A stretch of DNA of 64,000 nt from an uncultured Planctomycetaceae bacterium (GCA_963815195.1 CAWFGE010000024.1:1-64000); one strand, 5' to 3'. Counted from the first letter of the stretch, positions 20,301 to 33,900 are shown. Notes: a model not told the origin generated them from the sequence alone. Translations and numbers: made by a program.

Positions 20301-21836
20301 GCCACGGCGGCGGACGGGAGCACCTCGGAGTTTGCCGCCAACGTCCAGGTGATTCGCGGTCCGGATGCCGCGGGAACGTCGTTGCACTTGGACGGCATCG
20401 ACGATTTCGTCGAAGTGCCCGATTCCCCGTCACTGCATTCGGACCGGCAGTTGACGTTTGAAGGCTGGTTCAACATCGACGACATCAACCACGCCGTCTG
20501 GCAGAACATTTTCCATAAGGGGAATTATCCCGAGGGAAACGAACCGGGAGTGAGCAATCGCGAATATGGCCTGTGGGTGAATAGTGCTGGGTATTTGCAC
20601 TTCGCATCGACGCCGGCCGACCGGGTCGGCGTGGGACAGTTCGCAATCAGTTCGGCCTCGGGGCTGATTCGCTCCGGGGAATGGCATTATTTCGCAGCGG
20701 TCATCGACGCCGACGCACGCGAAATGCGGCTGTACCTTGACGGCGAGTTGGTCGGTTCGCGCAGCTACAACCCGGCCGGGATCCGCGAGACATCGGGGCC
20801 GCTGCGGTTTGCCTTCGACGGATACCAGACAGAGGGCCAACTCGACGAGATGCGGCTCTGGAGCGTTGCGCGAACAGAGCAGCAGATCCAGACCGACATG
20901 CACCGCCAACTGACCGGGACCGAGGCGGGGCTGGTGGGCTACTGGCGGTTCGATGAAGCGGCGGGCGGTATTGTGACGGACCTGTCGGGGCATGGGAACG
21001 ACGGCAGTTTCACATCGCCGGGCTATCAACAAGGTGTTCCGGGTCCGTTTGGCGACAGCACGGCTTATAACTTTTATAAGGTGGCGGGCGGTCAAGGGGC
21101 CGAGGTGGCCCTGCATCTCCCCGAGATCAATACCACGGCGGGTGGCTACAACACCGTCAGCTTCTGGATGAATTGGAACGGCGTGAATGTCACCATGCCC
21201 TTCGGATTCACCACCTACGACTTGTATTTCGCCGGGGGGGCCTTCGGCTTCAATACCGGTCAGGCCAATGTTTACGGCATTAGCTCCGCCGGCCTCGCCA
21301 ATCGCTGGGTGCATGTGACTGCGGCCTTCCACAACGGCGACGCCAAACAGAGCCGCCTGTGGATCGACGGCGTCGAGCAGGCGCTTTCCGACCAATTGGC
21401 GAGTGCCACGACGGCATCCCGCACCGCCACGGCGGACGCCCGCATCTCCGGCTGGCTCAATGACGGCAATTACCACTTCACCGGCCTGCTTGACGAGGTG
21501 ACGGTCTTCAATCGCCTGTTGAGCGACAGTGAAATTCAAGCACAGTTCACCGCCACCTCGGCCGCCGACTATCGCACGTTCCTCAGCGGACAATCGCCCA
21601 TCGCTCAATATGGCTTGGACGAAACCTCCGGCACGACGGCTTTGGATTCTTCGGGCAACGCCCATCATGGGACGGTCATTCCGTCCATGCCAATCCCGCT
21701 CTTGACGCGGGGCGTCCCGGCGCGATTGCCGGCGATGCGGACGCGGCGGTCGGCTTCGGCGATTTGCCGAATCAGTCCGTTGAATTGCAGCCGATTACCT
21801 TCCCGGCGACGGCTCTCTCGGTGGAAACCTGGGTGA
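17367..21836 (+). CDS. Giant secreted protein, part 1: LEPR-XLL-type leader, parallel beta-helix repeats, two LamG domains
   Basis: MLLLDWL...RRLRLTRRSRR...AERLERRVLL leader; GSLRQAL; many GNxIGT/NxISGN repeats; LamG (TFEGWF, LYLDG, LDEMRLW). The frame is lost near 21690-21770. Confidence 0.88.
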   Translation: MLLLDWLNALKIRFAYSSRRLRLTRRSRRMPWSLAERLERRVLLTTLVVTTTDDSGAGSLRQALLDANAIPGADEITFSISTSDTGFVDADSSLAGGDAAADVFVIHLGSALPALTDDGTTIDGRTQTASTGDTNPFGPEIVLDGSTAGSGANGLTVSSDNNSIFGLNIQGFLGNGISIASGGHNQIGSNFIGTNATGTLGFGNLDDGISLTAGAHSNTIGGTTAANGNLISGNNGNGVRIGGSGTSQNIVAGNIIGLNASGNATLANGGEGVFIDSGASQNLIGGSTTAARNIITGNGSDGIEINGAGSDFNTVAGNFIGTDITGTIGLAAPLDGRDGIRLVGGVQSNVIGTNGDGVADAAEGNLISGNADEGIEITGGSSLNVVAGNVIGLNGSGTQALGNGGVGIKMELGSANNRVGTNGDGVSDVLERNVISANGQNGGVLIEDVGSDNNIVAGNLIGTNAAGTAAIGNLNYGVRIQNGAKFNRIGTNGDGNFDADERNVISGSQLDGVRINDAATTGNIVAGNFIGTDVNGTLDLGNAGSGVAIDNAPNNIIGGSVASARNIISGNTADGIQISGTSAAANIIAGNYIGTDITGTLDRGNALHGVLVQNAATNNRIGTDADGSGDAAERNVISGNTGDGIRILGAGTDGNVIAGNYIGTNAAGSAALGNSGGGGGVYVVNGAANTLIGGTTPGAGNVISGNNGSSGEGIEIESAGGTMVFGNIIGLNATGTFDLGNRQAGVFLDRAFNTIVGGPTAAHRNIISGNDAGYAGGVWMNLPQATGNVVQGNYVGTDITGTLAVPNIGPGVRLSGGANGNRIGSNGDGLNDATEGNLIRGNNSAGVLIVDGASTSNTIRGNSIFGNAGLGIDLGGDGVTANDAGDSDSGPNQLQNFPVLAAALTIDSEATEVVGSFGSLPNADYTIDFYANAAADPSGYGEGERYLGSKTVTTDGSGNASFSAIVGVSTLGELVTATATAADGSTSEFAANVQVIRGPDAAGTSLHLDGIDDFVEVPDSPSLHSDRQLTFEGWFNIDDINHAVWQNIFHKGNYPEGNEPGVSNREYGLWVNSAGYLHFASTPADRVGVGQFAISSASGLIRSGEWHYFAAVIDADAREMRLYLDGELVGSRSYNPAGIRETSGPLRFAFDGYQTEGQLDEMRLWSVARTEQQIQTDMHRQLTGTEAGLVGYWRFDEAAGGIVTDLSGHGNDGSFTSPGYQQGVPGPFGDSTAYNFYKVAGGQGAEVALHLPEINTTAGGYNTVSFWMNWNGVNVTMPFGFTTYDLYFAGGAFGFNTGQANVYGISSAGLANRWVHVTAAFHNGDAKQSRLWIDGVEQALSDQLASATTASRTATADARISGWLNDGNYHFTGLLDEVTVFNRLLSDSEIQAQFTATSAADYRTFLSGQSPIAQYGLDETSGTTALDSSGNAHHGTVIPSMPIPLLTRGVPARLPAMRTRRSASAICRISPLNCSRLPSRRRLSRWKPG

Positions 21837-24415
21837 AAACGACCGCAACCAATTCATCGGGCATTGTCTCGTATGCCGTGAACGGGAGCGACAATGAATT
21901 TCTCGTGTTTACGCCGGCCAACTTGCAAGTTTTCATCAAGGGTTCCGCCGTCACTACCGGAGTCAGTCTCAATGATGGGCTCTGGCATCACCTCGTCGTC
22001 ACGTGGCAAAGCTCCGACGGGTCATTGAAGCTCTACAAGGACGGCGGACTGGCCTTTTCCATCACGCTGCGGGCGGGCAGTCAGATTACACCCGGAGGCG
22101 CGCTCGTTCTCGCCCAGGAGCAAGACACGGTGGGCGACGGCTTCGATCCGCTGCAGAGGTACATCGGCAGCCTCGACGAATTCGCCGTCTATGACGGAGT
22201 GCTCTCCGCCTCGCAGGTGGCGGCCCATCATGGCGCGGGAACAAGCGCCTTGGCCGACTATGCCAAGGCGGTCAAGACCGACGGCCCGCTCCTTTACTGG
22301 CGACTTGGAGAGACTGACGGCGGCCTGGCCATCGATTCGTCGGGACATGGCAACGATGGCAACCTGGGGCCGAACCCCAATCGTTTAGCCTCCGCAGCCC
22401 CGCTTTACACATCAACGGCCGGTCTCGATGAAATCACGCTGACCGTAACGACCACGGCCGACAGCGGTCCCGGCTCGCTACGGCAAGCGATTCTCGATGC
22501 CCACCGCCTCCCTCAAACCAACCCCGTCAAGATCGTCTTCGACATTCCAGGCACCGATCCGAACTTCATCGACGTCGATGCCGCCCTTCCCGGCGGAGAC
22601 GCCGCCCCGGATGTGTTTGTCATCACACCGGCGACGGCTCTGCCGATTATTACCCGCGGCCATTTGACGATCGACGGTCGGACGCAAGCCGACACGAATC
22701 CCTTCGGTCCGGAGATCGAGCTCGACGGCTCGTCCGTCACGGGCAGCGGCCTGGCGATTTATTCGAGCAATAATCAAGTGCATGGTCTCGACATCCATTC
22801 GTTCAGCGAAAATGGGGTCTCGATCATAACCGGCAGCGGCAATTGGGTGGCCGGGAACTACATCGGCACGGATGCGACGGGAACGACCAACAATGCGAGA
22901 ACTCTGCCGGCCACGACGCCGACGGGAACCGGAGCAAACGCCGTGTTCTTTGAGAAGAACGGGCAAGTCGTCGTGGAAGCCGAGCAGTTTCAATCGCGCA
23001 CGAGTTACGGCGGGGACGATTGGCGGATCGTCCCCGATGAGACGAGCGGCGTCGCCAGCTTCGCGAACCCGCGCGGGGGTTATATCCAGGTCGTTCCCGA
23101 TGCGGGGTTGGGCAACACCCATTCGCCGCCGTTTGGTTTCGGTCCCTCGGTTCGCTATACGGTGCACATCGATACGCCTGGCGATTATCAGCTTTTTTCG
23201 CGGTTTGATGGCTTTAGCGCAAACAGCGATTCGCTGTATGCCAGTATTGTTGAATTGCAAGATGGAGTGGGAACAGGCCAGGCCGACTGGTATCGCTTAA
23301 ACCACGGCACCGACGCGAATTTTGATACAACGGCGTGGGATGGCGCGGGGGAATCTGAAGGAACCTCGGCCGGCGGGAATAATGTCTCTGCTGTGTGGAC
23401 GATCAGCCAGGCCGGCGATTACACCGTCGAATACATCATGCGGGAAGATGGCATCGCGTTGGACGCGTTCGTCCTGCAACTGACGAGCCGGCCGGTTCCG
23501 CAAACCACGGGGAATGTGCTCGACGGCGTGAGCATTTCGCGTGGTGCTTCGGGGAATTTGATCGGCACCAATGGCGACGGCGTCGGCGATGACGCGGAGC
23601 GGAATGTGATTGCCGCCAGTGGCCGTTTTGGCATCTATATCGTCGATCCGGGAACGGACAACAATGTCGTCGCCGGCAATTACATCGGCACCAACGCCGC
23701 CGGAACGGTCTCGTTAGGGAATACGAACGATGGAATTCGCATCGACGACCGGGCCGCGTTCAACTTGATCGGGACCAACAGCGACGGAATCGCCGATGCC
23801 GCCGAGCGGAACGTGATCGCCGGCAATTTCGACCGCGGCATTCTTCTCAACCGCGTCACCGACAACAAGATCGCCGGCAATTTCATCGGCACCGACTCCA
23901 CCGGCACGCTCCGGCTCGGCAACATGGATCAGGGCATCTATGTGGATGGAGCTTCGGCAAGAAATATCATTGGGACCGAGGGCGACGGGATTGGGGATGC
24001 CGCCGAAGGAAACGTCGTTTCGGCAAATGCATTTGTGGGCATCTACATCATCAATGCATCGAACGATAACATTGTTGCGGGAAACCTGGTCGGCACGGAT
24101 GTCACGGGAACGCTCGATTTGGGCAACGGCGGCGCGGCCGGGGTCCGGATATTAAATGGCGCCTACAATAACCGCATCGGCACCGATTTTGACGGCGTAT
24201 CGGACGACCTGGAGCGAAACATCATCTCTGGGAACTCCCGCGGAGTGCAAATCGACGGCCTGGGCACGACGGACAATGTCATCGCCGGGAACTACATCGG
24301 CACAGACATCACCGGCCAAACCGCGCTGGGCAATGACACGCAGGGGGTCTATATCATCGCCGGTGCTCAGCGAAACATCATCGACCGCAACGTGATTTCA
24401 GGAAACGCCGCAGCA
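21764..24415 (+). CDS. Giant secreted protein, part 2: LamG, second beta-helix block with inserted CBM-like domain
   Basis: ORF 21764-24709: SVETWVK...LYKDG...LDEFAVY; second GSLRQAI/DTNPFGPEI start module. Reads sensibly until ~24415, then shifts frame. Confidence 0.85.
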
Positions 24416-24419
24416 GGGC

Positions 24420-24935
24420 GTGTTGCTCCAGGGCACGGCCAGTTCCACGTTTCCCGTGTTCCAATGGACGACCGGCCAAGGCGCGAACGGGCACTATTAC
24501 GTGCTTGCGCCCAGTACAAATTGGATCGCGTCGGAAGATTTGGCGGTTCGTATGGGCGGGCACCTCGCCAGCATAACCAGTGCCGAGGAGCAGGCGTTTT
24601 TGCAATCCGTGCTCCTGCCGAGCAGCGAAACCTTTTGGCTCGGCCTGACCGACAAGGACGACGAAGGCCACTTCGCTTGGACGACGGGAGAAGCCTTAAT
24701 CTACACTAATTGGAACTCCGGCCAACCGGACAACTATCCATACGTTGGACCGGAGGGCGAAGACGATGCGGTGTTCAATTGGGGGTCCGCGGGAAAATGG
24801 AACGACTTTGGCAGCGGCGCCCGATCGCGCGGGATTATCGAACTGGATTCCGCCCCGGATCCGGCTTTGCTCGATTCGCTCACGACGACTCGCGACAACC
24901 GCATCATTGGTAACTATATCGGCACGACGGCCGAA
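24420..24935 (+). CDS. Giant secreted protein, part 3: C-type lectin-like domain
   Basis: ORF 24420-25070: [42 protein letters not shown]; returns to [11 protein letters not shown] beta-helix before the next indel (~24935). Confidence 0.85.
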
Positions 24936-27900
24936 TGGCACGGCAGCTATCGCCAACGCCAGCAACGGCGTTCAGATGGACAACCGGGCCCAGGCCAACA
25001 TCATCGGCACCAACGGCGACGGGGTGAACGACGGCGCCGAAGGCAACGTTCTTTCCGCCAACGGGGGTGACGGAGTTTACATTTCTGGTGCAGGGACGAA
25101 CAACAACATCGTTGCCGGAAACCTCCTGGGCACCAACGCCACCGGCACCGCCGCCCTGGGAAATGCGGCAAACGGCGTCTTCATCAGCGGCGGAGCGCAG
25201 TTCAACCTCATCGGCACCGACGGAGATGGCGTGGCCGATGCCTTTGAGCGAAATGTGATTTCCGGTAACGCCGCGGGCGGGGTCGCGATTTCCGGCAGCG
25301 GGACCAACGGCAACACGGTCGCCGGCAATTATATCGGCGTGGATGCCGCCGGCGGGCGGGCCCTTGGCAATGGGACCACAGGGCAATTTGTCGCGCCCGG
25401 CGTGATCATCGAAGCCGGTGCCCAGGGCAATCGGATTGGGACCAACGGCGACGGAGTGGCCGACGCGGCGGAGCGGAATATCGTCTCCGGCAACGTCGCA
25501 CGGGGAATTGTGATTACCGATGTCGGCACCGACAATAATGTCGTTGCGGGGAACTTTGTTGGAACCAATGCCGCTGGCACGTCTGCCGTGCCCAATGGAG
25601 TTCACGGCGTTGAGATTCGCTTCGGAGCGATGCATAACCTGATCGGCACCGACGGCGACGGCCTGGCCGATGGAGCCGAGCGGAATCTCATCTCCGGAAA
25701 CGCCAGACAGGGCGTTTCGATTTATGGAACGGGAACGGCACAGAACATCGTTGCCGGCAATGACATCGGCACAGACGTTTCCGGCCGGCAAGCTTTGGGC
25801 AACGGCGAGTCGGGTGTCTCCATCAATGCCGGGGCGGCGGGGAATCTCATCGGCACCGATGGCGATGGGTTGGGCGACAACGCCGAACGCAACCTTATTT
25901 CAGGGAACATCGGCGAGGGCGTCCAGATCGCGGCGGCGGGCACGGAGAATAATGCCATCGCCGGGAACTATATCGGCACCGACATCACCGGCCTGGTCGC
26001 GTTGGGCAACGGTGCGAATGGAATCTTCATCCGATCCGCCGCAAGCAGCAATAGGATCGGCACGAACGGCGACGGTGTGGCCGATGCCGCTGAGCGAAAC
26101 ATCCTCTCCGGTAACAGCGGCCAAGGCGTCATCATTTCCGGCACGGCCACGGACCAAAACACCGTCGCTGGCAACTACATCGGCGTCGATATTTCCGGCA
26201 ACGCCGCGCTGGGAAACGGGGGTGATGGCGTTATCATCAGTGGCGCTGCGCAGTTCAACCTCATCGGCACCGATGCCGACGGCGTCGCAGACGCGGCCGA
26301 ACGGAACATCATCTCGGGCAATGGTGTCAGCGGCTCCGGCGGGCTCGAGGGCAACGGTGTCGATATTACCGGCAGCGGGAGCCGTTTCAACACCGTGGCG
26401 GGCAATTATATCGGCACGAATGCCTCCGGCACCGCGGCACTCGCGAATGCGGGTAATGGCATTTACATTCATTCCTATGCCGGCAACAACACCATCGGCG
26501 GACTGACTCCGATTCCCGGGGCAGGCGCGGGAAACGTAATCTCGGGCAACGCCAATGCAGGAATCGGCCTTCTTAGCGACAATAACATCATTGCCGGGAA
26601 CCTTGTGGGGCTGAATGCCGCCGGCACGGACATTATCGGTAACGCCTCGAGCGGTGTTTTCATCCTGTTCGGTGTGACGGGAAACAGGCTGGGCGGTGCG
26701 GAGGCGGGCGCACGAAACGTGATCGCGGGCAGCGGTGATCTGTATCCGGATGCTGGGGCCGTCGAGATCGGCGCCGGGGCCACCGAAACGCTCGTCCAGG
26801 GCAACTACATCGGCACCGATATTTCCGGCACGGTCGTCTTGGGGAATTCGGGCAGCGGCCTCCACCTTTACGGCGCAATCAACAGCACAATTGGCGGCAC
26901 GGACGCAGCAACTCGGAATATCATCGGAGGCAGCAGCGAGCACGGCGTGCTGATCGACGCTGCGATCGACTTCTACGGCTTCACCGGGGCGTCAACCGGA
27001 AATGTTATCCGCGGAAACTATATCGGCACCGATGTTACCGGCACACGGGATTTCGGCAACGCCGGTGATGGAGTGCAGATCTCGGCGGGAGCGACGGGCA
27101 ACTTTATCGGCGGAACGGCGGCGGGGGAAGGAAACCTCATCAGCGCCAACGACGAGAACGGCGTATTGTTCGAGAACGCCGGCGATGGCAACCTTGTTCA
27201 AGGCAATTCCATCGGCGTCGATGCCACCGGCAATGTCGGCTTGGGGAACTCCCTGCTGGGCGTGCGGGTGCAGGACACCAACAACACAACGATCGGAGGC
27301 ACGGCGGCGGGGGCGGGCAATATCATCTCCGGCAGCGCCCACGGTGTCGGCATTGCGACGGTCACCGGCCCCTCCACCAACGGCACGATCGTCCAAGGGA
27401 ATCTCATCGGCCTGGGGGCCGACGGTCAATCCGACGTGGGGAATGCCGGGTTCGGCGTGTTCGTCGATGGATCCGTTGGCGCGGTGGAAGGCACGCTCAT
27501 CGGCGGTTCGGCGGCGGGCGCGCGGAACGTCATTTCCGGCAACGGTTCTTCCGGCGTCTTCGTCACGGGAGCGAATGCCGCCAACACGACCATCGCCGGC
27601 AACTCGATCGGCACCGACATCACCGGCACGCTGGCCCGGGGCAATTCCGGCGACGGCATCGATTTGTCGAACGGGAACAACTCCCGCATCGGCGGCGCCA
27701 TGGCGGGGGCCGGAAATCTCATTTCCGGAAACGGCCTAAGCGGGATCGCGGTCGGCTCGCCGAGCATCGGCAGCACCATCCAAGGCAATCTCATCGGCAC
27801 CGATGTGACCGGAACCCAGGCCTTGGCGAACTATGAGGGCGTGCGGCTCTCCGCTCCCGTTCTTTTGGGGACCGACGGCGACGGCGCGAATGATGCCGCC

Positions 27901-30900
27901 GAGGCCAACACCATCGCCTTTAATACCGCGGAAGGCGTTGTGACCTTTGGTCATGGCGTTATGGTTCGCGGCAACAGCATACATTCCAATGGCGGGTTGG
28001 GCATCGATTCTCTCGACGACGGCGTGACGGCCAACGGGTCGGGCGTGCAAGATTTCCCCCTCTTCACCAGCGTCCAGGGCGGCGGCGCCACGCGGGTGCA
28101 AGGCAGCGTCACCGGGCCCGCGAGCAGCGTGCTTGTTCTCGACTTCTACGCCGACACGACGGCCGATCCCAACGGCTACGGTGAAGGGCGGCGTTCTCTT
28201 GGCTCGACCAGCGTTACGACCAACTCGCTGGGATTCGCGAACTTCGATGCCACGCTCTCCGCCTTTACGGTGGCGGGGGACTTTGTGACGGCGACGGCCA
28301 CCGCGGCGGATGGCAGCACGAGCGAGTTTTCATTGGCCCAGGCGGCGAGCTTCAGCCAGCCGCCCACGATTTCCTCCGACAATCTGATCGTCACGGTTCT
28401 GGATTCGGCGGCAAGCGGTTCCCCGGAAGCGGCCTTTGGTCTGGTGACATTCAATGTGCCGGAGAATGGCCAATTTCGTCTGGACGGTCTGTTTGACGCG
28501 CCCGATCCCGACGATCAGCACACCGTGTTCGTCAATTGGGGCGATGGCACGTCCCAGTCGGCGATTACTCCCCCGGGCCAGCGGGGCTTCTCGTTCGCTC
28601 ATGTGTATGCCGACGATTTTGTGTCGGGCACGGCGTCGGATTCGATCGAAGCGACCGTCGTGGTTACCGACTCCGACGGGGCCAGCGGGGCGGCGCGGAT
28701 CCTGCTCGCGGTGGACAATGTGCCCGCCGAGTTTGACGGACCGTTGTCTTTGATGAGAAACGGCGCGCCTGTCGTGAGCGTGGCCGAGGGCGACGTCGTC
28801 CAACTGACGGGCCGGGTCGCCGATCCGGGCTCGTTGGATCTGCACACGCTCGAGATCAACTGGGGCGACGGCTCGCCGCTTCAGTCGGTCGTCTTGTCGG
28901 CCGGGACGGTGGATTTCAGCATCCCCCACGCGTTCCGAGACAACAGCACATCCGACACGGTGACGGTCACTCTCCGCGACGATGACAGCGGCAGCGCGAT
29001 CGCCGAGACGAGCCTGGCCGTCATGAATGTTGCTCCCCAGGTTGTCGTGATGGCACCGCCGGCTACCGAGGGCGCGCCCATCACGCTGACCGCCGGCATC
29101 ACCGATCCCGGCGCCGGTGACACGTTCAGTTATCGCTGGGTCTTAAAAAGTGGAACCCAAACGGCCGCCGCCGGTTATGGGCCCGAGATCACCTTTACCC
29201 CAAAAGACAGCGGAGCGTTCGAAGTGTCGTTGGTCGTCCTGGATGACGACGGCGGACAAGGGGTCGCTCCGCCCTTCACCTTGAACGTCCAGAATATCGC
29301 CCCGGGCATCACCGCGGGTAATCTGCTTCTGTTAAACGAGGCCGGCCAACCTGTCAGCGGAGTCGCGGAGGGCGAACTCTTCACATTGGCCGGTTCGCTG
29401 ACGGACCCGGGTTATGAATCGCACGACGTCACAATCTCTTGGGGCGACGGCAGTCCCCAGACGGTCTTCACCTTGGCGGCGGGCGTCACGGATTTCACGG
29501 TCAAGCACAGGTTCGCCGACGACAATCCCACGGGCACGTCGAGCGACGACGACCCGGTCACGATTACGCTGAGGGATGCCGACGGCGCGGTGGGTTCCTG
29601 GGTCAAGACTGTCACGATTACCAACATCGCACCAAAGCCGAGCATTCTCGATGACGCGAGCGACGGCACGACGATCCGGCTGAAATCCGTGATCGCCGAC
29701 GCCGGCGTGGCGGATACGTTCCAATATGCTTGGGCGGTCACCGTGGACGACGTGCCGGTGGCCGGATTGATCACGGACCAACCCACGCTCACGTTCACCC
29801 GCCCGGCGAGCGGCATTGCCCGCGTGACATTGCTGGTCACGGATGACGACGGCGGCCAGGGACTGACCGAGGTGCTGTTCATTGGCGGGACCGATGCGGC
29901 GGACACAATCGTCCTTGCTCCCACCGCAAATCCCGGTGATGATCCGGGCACGCTGAGCGTCACGAACACCACCAGCGCCGGCACGGCGACCCTCGACGCC
30001 GCTCCCGTCAGCACCATTCTCATCGCCGCCGGCACGGGCAACGACACAGTGACCGTCAGCGCCGCGGTGACCACGCCGGTGGCCGTGTTCGCCGGGGACG
30101 GGGACGACTCCGTCACTTCCGGGTCGGGGAGCGATTTCCTCGACGGCGGCGAAGGGGACGACACGCTGGTCGCCGGGGCGGGCAATGACACGGTGACCAG
30201 CATCGGCAATGACAGTCTGATTGGCGGCACCGGGAATGACGAGTACCTGATCCTCGGCTTCAGCGACAAGGTGTTGGACGAAGGCGGAACCGACGGCATC
30301 GACACCATCAACTTCTCGGCCGTCGATGAAGGCGTCACCCTCGATCTGGGCGTGGCCGATTCGCCCCAGACCGCCACGGACAGCGGCGCCACGATCACGC
30401 TCAGGGGGACGTTCGAAAACGTGCTCGGTTCCGAACAAACGGACAACCTCACGGGCAACGACGAAGAGAACTTGATCTTCGGCGGCGGCGGAAACGACTC
30501 CCTCGACGGCGGAACCGGCAACGATACGCTCGACGGCGGCACGGGGAACGACACGCTCGCGGGGGCTCTCGGCGATGATACGCTCACCTCAGGCGACGGA
30601 AACGATTTGCTCGACGGCGGAACCGGAAACGACACCCTGATCGCCGGCGAGGGCAACGACGACAGCACCGACACGAACGAGTACGGCGATGACACGCTCT
30701 TCGGCGGGGACGGGAACGACCTGATCTTTGGCGGCGGCGGGAACGATTCCCTCGACGGGGGCACCGGGAACGACACGTTGGATTCCGGCGGCGGGGATGA
30801 TTCCCTCGATGCCGGGTCGGGCAACGACACCTTGATGGCGGGCGATGGAAACGACTCGATCATCGCGGCCGACGGCAATGATTTGATCGATGGGGGCACG

Positions 30901-33900
30901 GGCGATGACACGCTTATCGCCAGCGACGGCAACGATACGATAACCGCCGGCAATGACACGCTCTTCGGCGGGGACGGGAACGATCTGATCTTCGGCGGCG
31001 GCGGGAACGATTCGCTCGACGGCGCCGCGGGCGATGATACCCTGACCGCGGGCGATGGAGACAGCCTGCTTACCGGCGGGGAGGGAAATGACTCGATCAT
31101 CGGCGGAACGGGGAACGACACATTGACCGCCGGCGACGGAGAGACCGAAACCTATGATGATGACACGCTGTTCGGCGGGGACGGCAACGATCTGATTTTC
31201 GGCGGCGGCGGGAACGATTCCCTGGATGCCGGGGCGGGCAATGACACGATCACGGGCGGCGGCGGGGACGATTCGATCGTTGCCGGCGACGGGAACGATT
31301 CCCTCGACGCCGGATTGGGAAACGACACGCTCGACGCAGGCGACGGCAACGACAGCACGTCCCCCGGCGATGATACGCTGTTCGGCGGCGAGGGGAACGA
31401 CCTGATCTTCGGCGGTGGCGGGAACGATTCTTTGGACGGCGGCGCGGGCAACGATACGATTTCCGCCGGCATGGGCGGCGATCCCACTCTCTCCGGCGGT
31501 GGCGGCGACGATTCCCTCATCGGCGGCGATGGAAACGATTCCCTCGACGGCGGGACGGGAAACGACACCCTTTATGCCGGCGACGGCAACGAGACCACCA
31601 CCACCTCCGCCGGTGATGACACGCTGTTCGGCGGCGAGGGGAATGACCTGATCTTCGGTGGCGGCGGGAACGATTCTTTGGACGGGGGAAGCGGCGATGA
31701 CACCCTCACCGCCGGCGACGGAAATGCCAGCATCGAAGGCGGCGACGGCAACGATTCCCTCACCGCCGGCACGGGGAATGATTCCCTCGACGGCGGCTTA
31801 GGGGATGACACTCTCACCGCCGGCGACGGCAACGAGACCACCACCTCCCCGGGCGATGACACGCTGTTTGGCGGGGAGGGCAACGACCTGATCTTCGGCG
31901 GCGGCGGAAATGATTCGCTCGACGGCGGCATGGGCGACGACACCCTCACCGCCGGCGACGGCGAGACCACGCTCGCCGGTGGCGACGGCAACGATTCGCT
32001 GGTCGGCGGAACCGGGGACGACTCGCTCGAAGGCGGAATCGGCGACGATACGCTTTATGCCGGCGATGGCAGCGACACGATGGATCCCGTGGACACGGGC
32101 GATGACACGCTGTTCGGCGGGGAGGGGAACGACTTGATCTTCGGCGGCGGCGGGAACGATTCCCTCGACGGCGGCACGGGGGATGACACCCTCACCGCCG
32201 GCGATGGCGACACCAGCCTCGACGGAGGCGACGGCAACGATTTGCTCGTCGGGGGAAGCGGAGAGGACTCGCTCGACGGCGGAATGGGAAACGATACGCT
32301 CGTCGGCAACGAGGGAAATGATTCACTCGATGGCGGCATGGGGGATGATACACTCTACGCCGGCGAGGGCGACGACACCGCCGCCGCCACAGGCGATGAC
32401 ACGCTGTTCGGCGGCGACGGGAATGATTTGATCTTCGGCGGCGGCGGAGCCAGCCTCATCGTCGGCGGCCAGGGCGATGACGTCATCGTCGGCCGCGGCC
32501 AGGATCAATACTTTGGCGACGACCTCCTCGGCAACGGGGCAGGCATCGACTGGTTCTTGTACTATGCCGATGCCGATGTCATCCTCAATGACAATTCGCT
32601 GGCAGTGGCCGGCCTTGTCATCCCACTCAACAGCTTTGAGGCGGTGCAAATCACCGGCGGGGAGCATGACAATCGTTTGGATGCCTCGGGCTTCACCGGC
32701 AATGTGGTCTTGGCGGGTGGTCCGGGCAACGACAGTCTGCTCGCCGGAAACGGGGATGATACGCTCGACGGCGGGGCCGGCAACGACATGCTGGACGGCG
32801 GAGCCGGCAATGATGTTTACACTTTCGGCGCCGATGCCGGCGGAAACGACGTCATCAACGAGGCCGCCGACACGGACGCCGACCGGCTCGATTTCGCCGC
32901 GTTCCCCCAGCCGGCAACGGTTGACCTGAGTCTCACGGAACCGCAAGACGTCGGCGGCGATCTGACGCTGACCTTCAGCGACGGGAGCGGCTTGGAAGAC
33001 GTGTTTGGCACGGCCTTCGCGGATACCATCGCCGGCAACGACCGTCCCAACAAGCTGATCGGCAGCGGCGGGGGCGATGTCCTCGACGGCGGCGGCGGAG
33101 ACGACCTTCTGCAATCCGACTTCACCAAGCGGGTGTATCTGGATTTCGACTCGGCGACCGACGCCGGCGAGCACGTTTACGCGCAAGCAGAGCGCGACGC
33201 GATCCAGGCGCGGATGGCCGCCGACTTCGGGGCGTTTGACGTGGACTTTACGCAAACCTTGCCACAAGCGGGGCCGTTCTTCCAGGTCATGTTTAATGCC
33301 ACCCCGATCATCAACGGCATCCCGCAACCGGGCGGCCGGGCGGAATCGCTCAATTGGCGGCTGTTGGGCGCCTCCGGGACGGTCGTGGTGGATGTCAATG
33401 GGTTCCTCGGACCACGGCGGCTGCCGGGCACTTCCGAGAACTTCGTGGCCCTGTCCTCCACGATCGCGGCTCACGAGTTGGGCCACCAGTTCGGCCTCCG
33501 GCACCAGGATGCCTTCGGGCCGGTGGGCAGCGGGCTGTATGCGAACTTCAAATTCAACCGGCTCTTGCCGGCTTACCTCGGTCCGGCGGCGGCGGACGAA
33601 ACGCGGTTGCATCTGCTCGCGTCGCCGGCGGCGGTGGGAACGTCGCTCGCCGATGCCACCGGCGATCCCTACTTCGGCGAGCGGGAAAGCATCAAGCTGG
33701 CCTTTGCCGAGAGCGGCAGGTCGGCCCTTGAACTTCCCGACGATCTCAAGACGCAATCCGTCACCCCCATTGGGACGCAAAGGACTTACGCGGCTCAGGA
33801 TCTCGGCGATCTGGAGATGATGCAGGTGCCGATGGCCGACGGGGATCAGATGGTCGCCGCCCTGAATGTCGCCGGGGAGATCGTCCTCGATCCCGCGACC

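Noticed and set aside
30460..32450. Regularly spaced DNA repeats resembling a CRISPR array
   Set aside because: They are in-frame RTX coding repeats with degenerate third positions and repeat-like spacers; no cas genes are present.
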